Source of the DNA: Haplodiscus bocki
Taxonomy: Eukaryota
Direction of reading: 5' to 3'
Length of the DNA: 64,000 bases
Assembly: GCA_965655095.1 (NCBI GenBank)
Contig: OZ296649.1
Coordinates: 68,200,001-68,264,000 of the forward strand
Numbering within the stretch: the stretch's first letter is position 1; the number at the start of each line of letters is the position of its first letter. Below, in pieces: positions 51,845 to 64,000 of the stretch. The notes below the pieces were generated by a model. It worked only from the letters and a program-made list of their open reading frames with translations. It did no database searches and was not told the origin of the DNA. The translations under genes and the position numbers were made by a program.

Positions 51845-54800
51845 TTTAGTTTTCTTAGTTGTAGTTTCCGTCCTGAGATAGGGGCAAAAATGTTCTGCGA
51901 CTTCCCTTGTGGACATTTCCACATGTAATGTCGTATACTTGTCCGTCGCAAGCGGCCGATCGTGACACTGCCATTTTCACTTCTTATAACGTTCGTCTAG
52001 GAGTTCAAAATTGGCAGCTGGCTCAATGCAAAGGAACCGGTATTTTAAAAGGAGGTTCAGATATAAATCTAGAGCCGTCAGCGGATAGTTTTTTTTCAAA
52101 CGGTTGACTTTTGAAAAGATATTCAGGTAACTAGGACGGTCCAGTAAAGGGAGAAAAAACACTAAAATTAGGACTACATACTTAGTTTTCTTTACATATA
52201 GAGATATCACAATTTGTTCAAATGTTAATACAAAATACCCTCTGCACGGTATCTATATAACGGCGTTCTTTGTGATGATTTATATTTAAAACCTTTCGAA
52301 GTCTGTAGAATTTTAACAAGTAACTTCCAGCTCGTTGAAGCACAGTACCATTGATCACAAGATGGCCAACGGGCCGATATGAACAAAGTTTGTGAACTCC
52401 AAAATCAATGAAAAGGAGACTCAGCTTCAGAGGCGGTGGGATTCTTCTTCAAAATATATGCCCAATTGTGTAACTTTTACCATTCATATGAGAGCGGTGA
52501 CTTGTCGTTTGAGGCTGTTGGATAGGGAAATCGAAGAACTCGTTTGCTTGACAGGGAATTTGAATTAATTTTGTCAAGTAATCACGTCGAACAAACTTTA
52601 TCAGAGAGTAAATGTAACACTGATAATACTGTAAAAATTAACAAAGAGACAATTAGTAAAAATGTATCACATACTAGTGGTCCTGTTCACACCTCAAATT
52701 TTAGTTAATAATAGAGAACTGTGTTTAAACGAATGAACAGGAACAATGGCCCTGAACGGGGCTAGGAAAAACTACGTTTTCTTTCGAAAATATTCTCTTC
52801 TCCTCCAATGGAAATGGACAGAATACCAGTGTCACGGCTCCGCTCGCGACTGGAACTTTTAGCGTTTATTCAAAGAAGACTTCGATTGGAATCAACTAAG
52901 CGAAAGTAGCAGTCCTGGACTGTCCAACAAAAAAGGTTTTGCAATTTAGTCTATACTTTCTATCCCTGACCAAAAAGTAGCTTTAAGCAAATGGCCAGCA
53001 ATTCAACTCACTTTTTCCTTGCCCGTTAAGTGCCAATCAATTTTATTCTGATCTCGGTTCAGAGTACAGTTTTTTGTTAAAATCCCAATGAAATCCATTA
53101 CTTCAGTCTCTGACTATTTGAATGGAATGCTGCATACACACAAACGGCTCAATCAATTGCACAACTGCCAGGCAGGTAAACTAACTCTTAATTGGCAGAG
53201 TTTTCGTTCACTCACTTGGCCTTTTTTTCTCTTTTCCGTGATTTTATCGCTAGAGTTTTCGGGCCTTACTTTGAAACATCCGGTTGTTCGTATCCAACTT
53301 TTAGTCTAATGACTGACTGATTCTCCTTGGTTACTTTGTATTTTGCCATTAATTAACTACAGATGGAAAATCTTCCATCCCAAATGAACGTCTTTTTTAT
53401 CAACGTTAGCCACTTCATTATGTCCGATGTTCGAAGACTAATCGGTCATTTTTTCACGGTGAGTTTTTCTGCAAAAGTTTGCTAACATTTGTTCAAAGAA
53501 TAAGACTGAAAAATGAAAAATCTCGAAACTTTTAAAAAATGTGTTTTTTTGAGAAGATACATGGGTCTTTCGATAAACAAATATTTTTTAAAAATCGGTA
53601 AATCTGGCCAATTTGCTGTAGAATGCGTATCAACCGATAATATTTCTTGAGAATATCTTTGCCACCTTACTTGTGTGGTCTTCATGGCCAAAAACTAAAC
53701 TTACAAAAGATTTAAAACTGGAGAAGATAAAAAATATGTTAAGAGAACAGAGTTAATTGGAAAGAAAAGGGTTTGACCTGTAAAAAAAACATTTTTTTGA
53801 AAATTAAAGTGCGAAGTTTTTGACGGCAGCAGCGGGCCGTCACGCTTTATTTCTCATCAGTGGTACCATTTATTTCTAGTTTCAGTACTACTCACTTTCT
53901 GTTTTTTTTGGATCGCATCAAATAAAAATATTTGGTATTTTTCGTATCCATTAGCATTCTTGTGGCCTTAGAGAATGACTAAAAAATATCTTGTTCGTTT
54001 CAATTTGCTTAAAGCTTCATTCTGATTGACAAGTTCTTTCAGCTGATATGTCAGCCTTTTTTTTCGTAGCACACAACCGACTGCTACCAAAACGAGTGGT
54101 TTAAAAAGTTTTTAAATCAGGGTTCATCAATTTTTCTCTGCATTAAGGAATTCTCGCAAAAAATTATAACTTTTACTGCAACATCAGTTTATTGTGTCTG
54201 ACAAAAAATTGTCTCTGTTAAATTTTGAGAACATCGTAACAAGCGGTTTTCAGTTGTATTTTTGGCCAAAAGCCACCAATTATTCAGAATGTTTGCGGTC
54301 AAAATACTTTTCATTAGAAGCCAGAAATTCCTGTTCGATTGATTTTTTTGATCACTTAGACGTCACAATCTCCAGCGTATATTTTTTTTCCAGATGACAA
54401 ATGGTGATTTCTTGTTGTACATTCGAAGGCCAGTGTCTTACCGTATGGATGATGACTCCGGCTGATCTCAACAAAATTCATGAGATTTCTTACAAAAGGT
54501 ATAGTTTTTTCAAACTTTGACCACGTGGGTCTGGATTTAAAGTCAATTTTCTGAACGTTTAGGCAAAACGTCAGCAAAATCTTTGGTTTGTTTCCGGGGT
54601 GACGTTGTCAGAAACATTGTGTTAACATTTGAACTTCCTATTATCTGAAAATTGCAGGGAAACCTAGTCCTGCTGCAAGACGATATTTCAAAAAAACCGC
54701 CTTTTCAGCGAGTTGTTATATTGCGATTCGTCCACTAAGAGCTCGCCAAGATCCTTCCATAGTCTTTTCTGTTTCATGGTTTTGTTAGAATTTCCATTGC

Positions 54801-56423
54801 TGGTGGTTTGATTGATTTCTTTGATTTCTGGCTATTTGTTGCCGAATAATCAAAAAACTGCCTCTTTTAACACATTTTGACAACTCTTGGCGTTTTTCAA
54901 CATTTGCAACTCTCGATCAGTTAAATGAGTCAATGTAATGGAAACACATATTCAGGGAAGTTGGGGTGTTCAAAGATTTTACCTGTGAGACTGTTCCAGT
55001 TTTTTCTGTCGCGTCAATCTTTCAAAATAAAGTTTTGAAAGAACTGATTTTTCAAAATTAGAACAAAAATTTTGTGACACTGTTTTGCGTAACAAAATTT
55101 CACTTCCTTTTTTAATCGACTTTTTTCATTTTCTAAATCTATGCTCCATTTTGGATGTAGTGTTCACTGTCGAGAAGCGTTTGTCAACATCCTTTCCATG
55201 TACGAGATTTTTGGATGCACTTTTTGAAACCTGAACAGCGGAAGGTACCAAATTTGAGACGTGGCTGCGCTAATATGGTAGTGCAAAAGGTAGTTGCGAC
55301 CATGCACGTTTTCAAAAACTGTTCTTAATATATTCCCTCTGTTTTTGTGATTTACAGTCATAAGAATTTACCTTCTCTTCACTAACAATTTTATGTATTT
55401 TGAACGTTGACACCGAGATGAAAAATCATAATTTTGATAGTTTTTGGAACCTAATAACTTCCAATTTTTTAGGGTGCTTTTTGTTTTTCCGATTTTGATG
55501 ATAATCACATGGCATTATTTAGTCAAAATATAGTTTTCTTCAAAGGAAACAGTTTGCATCTGTCGAGATTTGCCGTTGAGAATAATCCGGTTGAAGGTAG
55601 AGTTCGAATTAAGACAGGGAACAAAATTTATGCTGAGGTAGCTTTGCAATTCTAATACACCTATCGGCAGTCATTCCGAAAGATTTATAGCTTTCAGCGT
55701 CGTTTGTAATCATTCCATATTATTGAATAATCAGTTCACAATTGAGTTTTTACGTATATTCTCATGCTAAACTCACGCGTATTAACAAAGAAAGGATGCA
55801 ATTTTAACGATGGCAATTCTGATCGATTTGGAGACTAGTTTTAGGTTCTTGAACCTTCTTCGAGTAATTGAACTTGTAACCTCAAACAGCAATTAAGTAA
55901 CAGAATCGATAAACGTGAAAATAATAGCAAAAAGAACGCGTTTACTACTAGGAAATGCGAATGGGCTCTTTGGTCGTTACCCGCCTTTATAATAATGGGT
56001 TGCACCGTTGGATGCCCAGTATGTTAAAAAAGTACCAAGTCTATAACTTCGAATTTTTCACATGCAGTTGCGAAATCCGATATCAGCTTCCGCTAGGTTT
56101 CCATTACAAATATACATTTCCAGATCAGTTGAGAACCTTAGAACCTTGGAAATAGCGAATAAAGTAACACTATAGCATGCTTCATTTCATCCGCTACAAA
56201 TTTGGTAACCGGTTAAAAAAATTTTGACTGGTTAACCGGATAGCTTTTTTTTCAACTGCTGAGGGCTTTTAATTGAGATAATTGCTGCTTGCTTCGCACT
56301 GATTAACCAGTACTATTTGAAAGATAGCCAAAACCATATATTTTGTTAAAACTTCAATTTTAGGCAAAATCTGGCCCCAAAAGTGACACCTTTACCTTGA
56401 AATTGTGCTTGTGAGACAACTTC

Positions 56424-56426
<3 letters not shown>

Positions 56427-56476
<50 letters not shown>
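56427..56476. repeat. (AC)25 microsatellite
   Basis: Direct reading. Confidence 0.98.
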
Positions 56477-56479
<3 letters not shown>

Positions 56480-56644
56480 TGCTTGACTAGTTGAAACGGG
56501 AATACAAAGGGCTAAACTGAGCCTTGCTTGTCTTTCCACGGTAACTTTACTAGGAGATTATCTGAGGAGAGTTGATTATCCACATTGGACAATTTTTCGA
56601 CATTGCGTGAATGAATATGTGTTTTAGGTTTCAAAGCCTACAAA

Positions 56645-56836
56645 ATGATAAAACAGTATTCGTATGAACACAATTTGTCCGAGGAAGCCATGGCGTACAG
56701 TGTTTGTCTTTTCAAACAAGGAGAATATATCCGAAACTGGAGAAGTCGTCATTTCCTGCTTCTTAGGAATGGAAGTTTCTTAGGATTCAACCGAAACCCC
56801 AATGATACTGACTGCGTTTGCAAAAGCGCCGAGAAG
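56645..56836 (+). CDS. Akt/PKB-like PH-domain protein, coding exon 1
   Basis: LFKQGEYIRNWRSRHFLLLRNGSFLGF resembles Akt PH LHKRGEYIKTWRPRYFLL..DGSFIGY; AG acceptor at 56626-27, ATG 56645, donor AAG|GTTCGT (phase 0). Confidence 0.8.
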
Positions 56837-57016
56837 GTTCGTTCTTAGAATCTATAATCAATAAAGACTAAAAGTGTATCATCATTTTTGGATTTATCTG
56901 GTTGGCATGAGTAGTTTGAAAGCAATGGGTTGTTGATGTAGTACTCATATTGTATGCATTGGTTCAAACTGAGATTATGTATGTACGATTAATTACATTT
57001 CACGCATTTATTTTAG

Positions 57017-57207
57017 GCTCCGCCTGTTAAACAGATCAATCATTTCACGGTCGGAGGTTGTGCAGTGAGGACTTCTGATATCCAGGAACCTGGAAAGTAC
57101 ATTTTTGTACTAGAAGACTTGCTGCGAACTGAGGATGACAATCATGTCACTCGTCACTTCTACGTCACTTCCAAAACTGTGTTCGATGAGTTGATTAAAC
57201 AAATCAG
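57017..57207 (+). CDS. Akt/PKB-like PH-domain protein, coding exon 2
   Basis: TTTTAG acceptor; in-frame APPVKQINHFTVGGCAV...YIFVL...VTRHFYVTSKTVFDELIKQI resembling Akt LNNFSVAQC...ERTFHV...EW..AI; donor AG|GTGTGT. Confidence 0.75.
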
Positions 57208-57649
57208 GTGTGTTTCAGTCTATTTATGCTTGAGGCTAATTGGTCATTGTTTTCTTGCAATCATTGTTGAATTTGGAGACGAGTTTTGAACCTTGAAAAC
57301 TGATTTTAGATGGGTACAACCCTGGTCGAACTTTTTTGGGAAAACGCCGCTATTTTTCCGGTATAGTGGCGTAAACACCGCTAACGCCGCTAACTTACTA
57401 GCAAAACGCCGTTAACACCTTTATACCGACAAGGAACGCCGTTAACGCCTTTAGCGTTCCAGTTGAACGCCGTTAACGCTGTTATACCAGAAAAAACATA
57501 TGTCTACAAAAAATCTGAATTTCTCACTCCATGAGAAATGAGAAACTCATAGTCAAACATTTTTTTGACAAAGGATTAGGAGGCTTTTAGAACATATTTC
57601 CTCGAAAGTGTGGGAGAACTGCAAGGTACTGGAGTCCGGGCCTGAACGT

Positions 57650-58800
57650 GGCGGCATTGCTAGTGTCATTGAACTTGCCACGGCTAAACAAGTTTACAAA
57701 AAAGTTGATCATTTTACGATTTGACTAGTTGGAGTCTTGCAGAAGTTTTGACAGTTTTAACCTAAAAGCCTCCCTCAAAATAATTTTAGTTTATTTCTTC
57801 CTTGTTACAAGATCCATCTTTAGTTTTTGCCTTTCGGGTTTTGTGGTTCCTTTGGTTTGTTCTCTAATGCCAAGCGTGAAAGTTTTGAGTTTATGGTCTG
57901 AAATATTCAAATGGTTATTAGGTGAAACCCATGTTTTTGGAAGGATCTACAATTTTTGAATTTTTCTTTGTAATGGTGGACCTCTGGATTTGTTCTGACA
58001 CATGGTAGACCTGTCAGTGTCATTGACCATGTCACGACGAGCTAAGACTACGCAAAAGTTGAGCATGTCAAGACTTGACTTCTGAATTCTGGTTTTGCGA
58101 AGTTCCAACGGTTTTGATCTAAATTCCCTTTTTTCAAAGTTTTGTTGTTTAATTCTTACTGTTCACGAGGGCCATGTTCAATTGATGCTTTTAGGTTCCA
58201 CTGGGTTTTTTTTGAAAAGTCGAGAATAATGTTTCTGTTCTTTTCAGTCTTAAATCTTCAAACTGTTTTCCGGTTAAAACCCATATTTTCGAAAGGTCCT
58301 TCACTTTTTATACTTTTGTTTGTAATCGTGGGGCTTTAAATTTGCGTTTGCACGTGGTAGCCCTGCCAAAGTCACTGACCTTGTCATGACCAGCTAAGTC
58401 TACGTAACAGTTGAACAAGTCAAGACTTGAATTCTTAGTTCTAGTCTTGCCAAGTTCCTACAGTTTTAATCTGACTGCTTTTTTTTCCATTTTTTCTTCA
58501 GTTTATTTCGTCCTGGTTACAAGGTCCGTCTTCAATTGTTGCATTTAGGGACCGTGCGTGTCACGGGATTGTTTGATCTAGGCTAGAATTGTATTTTTTT
58601 TCGTCTGAAATCTTCAAACGGTTTTTCCGTGAAACTCATTTTCGGAAGGTCCTTCATTTTTTGTACTTTTGTTTGTAATCATGGGGCTTTGTTTTTGCGC
58701 CTGCAAACAATAGCCCTGCCAGCGTCAGTGACCATGGCGCGACCAGCTAAGACTTCACAAAAGTTGAACATTAACAGACTGGCATTGCGAGTTCGAATTT
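57650..58800. repeat. ~352-bp diverged tandem repeat, ~3.3 copies
   Basis: cctgtcagtgtcattgaccatgtcacgac.agctaagact...aagttga motif recurs at ~57656, 58010, 58361, 58714. Confidence 0.8.
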
Positions 58801-59039
58801 TTCGACAGTTATAAGTCCAGCCTTGCTTTTTTTCGCGTTACTTTTTATTCTTTTGGTGCTATAATTCATAGTCTGTCCTTTTTAGACGCTGTTTTTCGCT
58901 GTGGTTGATTTCATTTAGGAAGATAAAGCTTCCAGATGTTGCGAGTTTAATGACGGAGAAAACAGTCCCCGTTTTTTTCCGATAAACCAGCGTTAAAACT
59001 CGGCCGGTATTTTACCGGTATAGCAGCGGAAACTACCGC

Positions 59040-62000
59040 CGCTGTTTTTCAGGTTAAACGCCGTTAACGCCGCTATTTTCCGGTTAGACGCCGTTAACGC
59101 CGCTATTTTTCCAGTTCAACGCCGTTAACGCCGCTATTTTTCCGCTTCAACGCCGTTAACACAGCTATTTTTCCGGTTCAACGCCGTTAACGCCGCTATT
59201 TTTCCAGTTCAATGCCGTTAACGCCGCTATTTTTCCACTGCAATGCCGTTAACACAGCTATTTTTCCGGTTAAACGCCTTTAACGCCGCTAATTTCCCTG
59301 TTCAACGCCATTAACGCTACTTTTTTTCCGGTTCAACGCCGTTAACACCGCTATTTTTCCAGTTCAATGCCGTTAACGCCGCTATTTTTCCACTTCAACG
59401 CCGTTAACACAGCTATTTTTCCGGTTAAATGCCTTTAACGCTGCTATTTTCCCGGTTAAACGCCGTTAACTCCGCTATTTTCCCGGTTCAACGCTACTGA
59501 GGCCGCTATTTTTCCGGTTAAACGCCTTTAACGCCGCTAATTTCCCTGTTCAACGCCATTAACGCTACTTTTTTTCCGGTTCAACGCCGTTAACACCGCT
59601 ATTTTTCCAGTTCAATGCCGTTAACGCCGCTATTTTTCCACTTCAACGCCGTTAACACAGCTATTTTTCCGGTTAAATGCCTTTAACGCTGCTATTTTCC
59701 CGGTTAAACGCCGTTAACGCCGCTATTTTCCCGGTTCAACGCTACTGAGGCCGCTATTTTTCCGGTTAAACGCCTTTAACGCTGCTATTTTCCCGGTTAA
59801 ACGCCGTTAACGCCGCTATTTTCCCAGTTCAACGCTACTGAGGCCGCTATTTTTTCGGTTCAACGCCGTTAACGCCGCTATTTTTCCGCTTCAACGCCGT
59901 TAACACAGCTATTTTTCCGGTTCAACGCCGTTAACGCCGCTATTTTTCCGCTTCAACGCCGTTAACACAGCTATTTTTCCGGTTCAACGCCGTTAACGCC
60001 GCTATTTTTCCAGTTCAATGCCGTTAACGCCGCTATTTTTCCACTGCAATGCCGTTAACACAGCTATTTTTCCGGTTAAACGCCTTTAACGCCGCTAATT
60101 TCCCTGTTCAACGCCATTAACGCTACTTTTTTTCCGGTTCAACGCCATTAACACCGCTATTTTTCCAGTTCAATGCCGTTAAAACAGCTATTTTCCCGGT
60201 TAAATGCCTTTAACGCTGCTATTTTCCCGGTTAAACGCCGTTAACGCCGCTATTTTCCCGGTTCAACGCTACTGAGGCCGCTATTTTTCCACTTCAACGC
60301 CGTTAAAACAGCTATTTTCCCGGTTAAATGCCTTTAACGCTGCTATTTTCCCGGTTAAACGCCGTTAACGCCGCTATTTTCCCGGTTCAACGCTACTGAG
60401 GCCGCTATTTTTTCTGTTCAACGCCGTTAACGCCGCTATTTTTCCGCTTCAACGCCGTTAACGCCGCTATTTTTCCAGTTCAATGCCGTTAACGCCGCTA
60501 TTTTTCCACTGCAACGGCGTTAACACAGCTATTTTTCCGGTTAAACGCCGTTAACGCCGCTATTTTTCCGGTTCAACGCCGTTAACGCCGCTATTTTTCC
60601 GCTTCAACGCCGTTAACACAGCTATTTTTCCGGTTCAACGCAGTTAACGCCGCTATTTTTCCAGTTCAATGCCGTTAACGCCGCTATTTTTCCACTTCAA
60701 CGCCGTTAACACAGCTATTTTTCCGGTTAAATGCCTTTAACGCTGCTATTTTCCCGGTTAAACGCCGTTAACTCCGCTATTTTCCCGGTTCAACGCCGTT
60801 AACGCCGCTATTTTTCCAGTTCAATGCCGTTAACGCCGCTATTTTTCCACTGCAATGCCGTTAACACAGCTATTTTTCCGGTTAAACGCCTTTAACGCCG
60901 CTAATTTCCCTGTTCAACGCCATTAACGCTACTTTTTTTCCGGTTCAACGCCGTTAACACCGCTATTTTTCCAGTTCAATGCCGTTAACGCCGCTATTTT
61001 TCCACTTCAACGCCGTTAACACAGCTATTTTTCCGGTTAAATGCCTTTAACGCTGCTATTTTCCCGGTTAAACGCCGTTAACTCCGCTATTTTCCCGGTT
61101 CAACGCTACTGAGGCCGCTATTTTTCCGGTTAAACGCCTTTAACGCCGCTAATTTCCCTGTTCAACGCCATTAACGCTACTTTTTTTCCGGTTCAACGCC
61201 GTTAACACCGCTATTTTTCCAGTTCAATGCCGTTAACGCCGCTATTTTTCCACTTCAACGCCGTTAACACAGCTATTTTTCCGGTTAAATGCCTTTAACG
61301 CTGCTATTTTCCCGGTTAAACGCCGTTAACGCCGCTATTTTCCCGGTTCAACGCTACTGAGGCCGCTATTTTTCCGGTTAAACGCCTTTAACGCTGCTAT
61401 TTTCCCGGTTAAACGCCGTTAACGCCGCTATTTTCCCAGTTCAACGCTACTGAGGCCGCTATTTTTTCGGTTCAACGCCGTTAACGCCGCTATTTTTCCG
61501 CTTCAACGCCGTTAACACAGCTATTTTTCCGGTTCAACGCCGTTAACGCCGCTATTTTTCCGCTTCAACGCCGTTAACACAGCTATTTTTCCGGTTCAAC
61601 GCCGTTAACGCCGCTATTTTTCCAGTTCAATGCCGTTAACGCCGCTATTTTTCCACTGCAATGCCGTTAACACAGCTATTTTTCCGGTTAAACGCCTTTA
61701 ACGCCGCTAATTTCCCTGTTCAACGCCATTAACGCTACTTTTTTTCCGGTTCAACGCCATTAACACCGCTATTTTTCCAGTTCAATGCCGTTAAAACAGC
61801 TATTTTCCCGGTTAAATGCCTTTAACGCTGCTATTTTCCCGGTTAAACGCCGTTAACGCCGCTATTTTCCCGGTTCAACGCTACTGAGGCCGCTATTTTT
61901 CCACTTCAACGCCGTTAAAACAGCTATTTTCCCGGTTAAATGCCTTTAACGCTGCTATTTTCCCGGTTAAACGCCGTTAACGCCGCTATTTTCCCGGTTC

Positions 62001-64000
62001 AACGCTACTGAGGCCGCTATTTTTTCTGTTCAACGCCGTTAACGCCGCTATTTTTCCGCTTCAACGCCGTTAACGCCGCTATTTTTCCAGTTCAATGCCG
62101 TTAACGCCGCTATTTTTCCACTGCAACGGCGTTAACACAGCTATTTTTCCGGTTAAACGCCGTTAACGCCGCTATTTTTCCGGTTCAACGCCGTTAACGC
62201 CGCTATTTTTCCGCTTCAACGCCGTTAACACAGCTATTTTTCCGGTTCAACGCAGTTAACGCCGCTATTTTTCCAGTTCAATGCCGTTAACGCCGCTTTT
62301 TTTCCACTGCAATGCCGTTAACACAGCTATTTTTCCGGTTAAACGCCTTTAACGCCGCTAATTTCCCTGTTCAACGCCATTAACGCTACTTTTTTCCGGT
62401 TCAACGCCGTTAACACCGCTATTTTTCCAGTTCAATGCCGTTAACGCCGCTATTTTTCCACTTCAACGCCGTTAACACAGCTATTTTTCCGGCTAAATGC
62501 CTTTAACGCTGCTATTTTCCCGGTTAAACGCCGTTAACGCCGCTATCTTTCCGGTTAAACACCTTTAACGCCGCTATTTTCCCAGTTCAACGCTACTGAG
62601 GCCGCTATTTTTTCGGTTCAACGCCGTTAACGCCGCTATTTTTCCGCTTCAACGCCGTTAACACAGCTATTTTTCCGGTTCAACGCCGTTAACGCCGCTA
62701 TTTTTCCAGTTCAACGCCGTTAACGCCGCTATTTTTCCGCTTCAACGCCGTTAACACAGCTATTTTTCCGGTTCAACGCCGTTAACGCCGCTATTTTTCC
62801 AGTTCAATGCCGTTAACGCCGCTATTTTTCCACTGCAATGCCGTTAACACAGCTATTTTTCCGGTTAAACGCCTTTAACGCCGCTAATTTCCCTGTTCAA
62901 CGCCATTAACGCTACTTTTTTTCCGGTTCAACGCCATTAACACCGCTATTTTTCCAGTTCAATGCCGTTAAAACAGCTATTTTCCCGGTTAAATGCCTTT
63001 AACGCTGCTATTTTCCCGGTTAAACGCCGTTAACGCCGCTATTTTCCCGGTTCAACGCTACTGAGGCCGCTATTTTTCCACTTCAACGCCGTTAAAACAG
63101 CTATTTTCCCGGTTAAATGCCTTTAACGCTGCTATTTTCCCGGTTAAACGCCGTTAACGCCGCTATTTTCCCGGTTCAACGCTACTGAGGCCGCTATTTT
63201 TTCTGTTCAACGCCGTTAACGCCGCTATTTTTCCGCTTCAACGCCGTTAACGCCGCTATTTTTCCAGTTCAATGCCGTTAACGCCGCTATTTTTCCACTG
63301 CAACGGCGTTAACACAGCTATTTTTCCGGTTAAACGCCGTTAACGCCGCTATTTTTCCGGTTCAACGCCGTTAACGCCGCTATTTTTCCGCTTCAACGCC
63401 GTTAACACAGCTATTTTTCCGGTTCAACGCCGTTAACGCCGCTATTTTTCCAGTTCAATGCCGTTAACGCCGCTTTTTTTCCACTGCAATGCCGTTAACA
63501 CAGCTATTTTTCCGGTTAAACGCCTTTAACGCCGCTAATTTCCCTGTTCAACGCCATTAACGCTACTTTTTTTCCGGTTCAACGCCGTTAACACCGCTAT
63601 TTTTCCAGTTCAATGCCGTTAACGCCGCTATTTTTCCACTTCAACGCCGTTAACACAGCTATTTTTCCGGCTAAATGCCTTTAACGCTGCTATTTTCCCG
63701 GTTAAACGCCGTTAACGCCGCTATCTTTCCGGTTAAACACCTTTAACGCCGCTATTTTCCCAGTTCAACGCTACTGAGGCCGCTATTTTTTCGGTTCAAC
63801 GCCGTTAACGCCGCTATTTTTCCGCTTCAACGCCGTTAACACAGCTATTTTTCCGGTTCAACGCCGTTAACGCCGCTATTTTTCCAGTTCAACGCCGTTA
63901 ACGCCGCTATTTTTCCGCTTCAACGCCATTAACGCTACTTTTTTTCCGGTTCAACGCCGTTAACACCGCTATTTTTCCAGTTCAATGCCGTTAACGCCGC
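59040..64000. repeat. 31-bp satellite (AACGCCGTTAACGCCGCTATTTTTCCGGTTC) with higher-order repeats; runs past window end
   Basis: About 160 monomers; diagnostic variants recur at 248, 806, 1612 and 1178 bp. Confidence 0.97.

Noticed and set aside
51367-51951. ORFs spanning the N run
   Set aside because: Artefacts of the assembly gap.
59040-64000. CRISPR-like array
   Set aside because: Contiguous 31-bp monomers with no unique spacers, no cas genes, eukaryotic context.

Overview
AT-rich eukaryotic (apparently metazoan) genomic DNA made almost entirely of transposable elements and repeats. (1) 1-12718, minus strand: a near-complete but disabled Ty3/Gypsy LTR retroelement. It has about 1.46-kb LTRs, a tRNA-Leu-like PBS, a PPT, gag with two CCHC knuckles, a -1 frameshift/pseudoknot gag-pol junction, pol (PR, RT, RNase H, IN), a class I fusion (F-type) env and possible accessory ORFs. 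The most striking feature is a TARG1/OARD1-type ADP-ribosyl-hydrolase macrodomain inside pol between RNase H and integrase (6837-7225). It is missed by the ORF track because of a stop and two frameshifts. (2) 12.7-35.9 kb: Helitron-like non-autonomous repeats, a hAT-type MITE with 8-bp TSD, tandem repeats and decayed LTR-element remnants. (3) 35911-44465, plus strand: an old full-length BEL/Pao element inserted in a decayed Gypsy-like element. (4) A 200-N assembly gap at 51645-51844. (5) 56645-57207: two coding exons of a divergent Akt/PKB-like PH domain, the only host gene seen. (6) About 59040-64000: a 31-bp satellite with nested higher-order repeats, apparently inside an intron of that gene. 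All family assignments rest on motifs recognised by eye; no database search was run.
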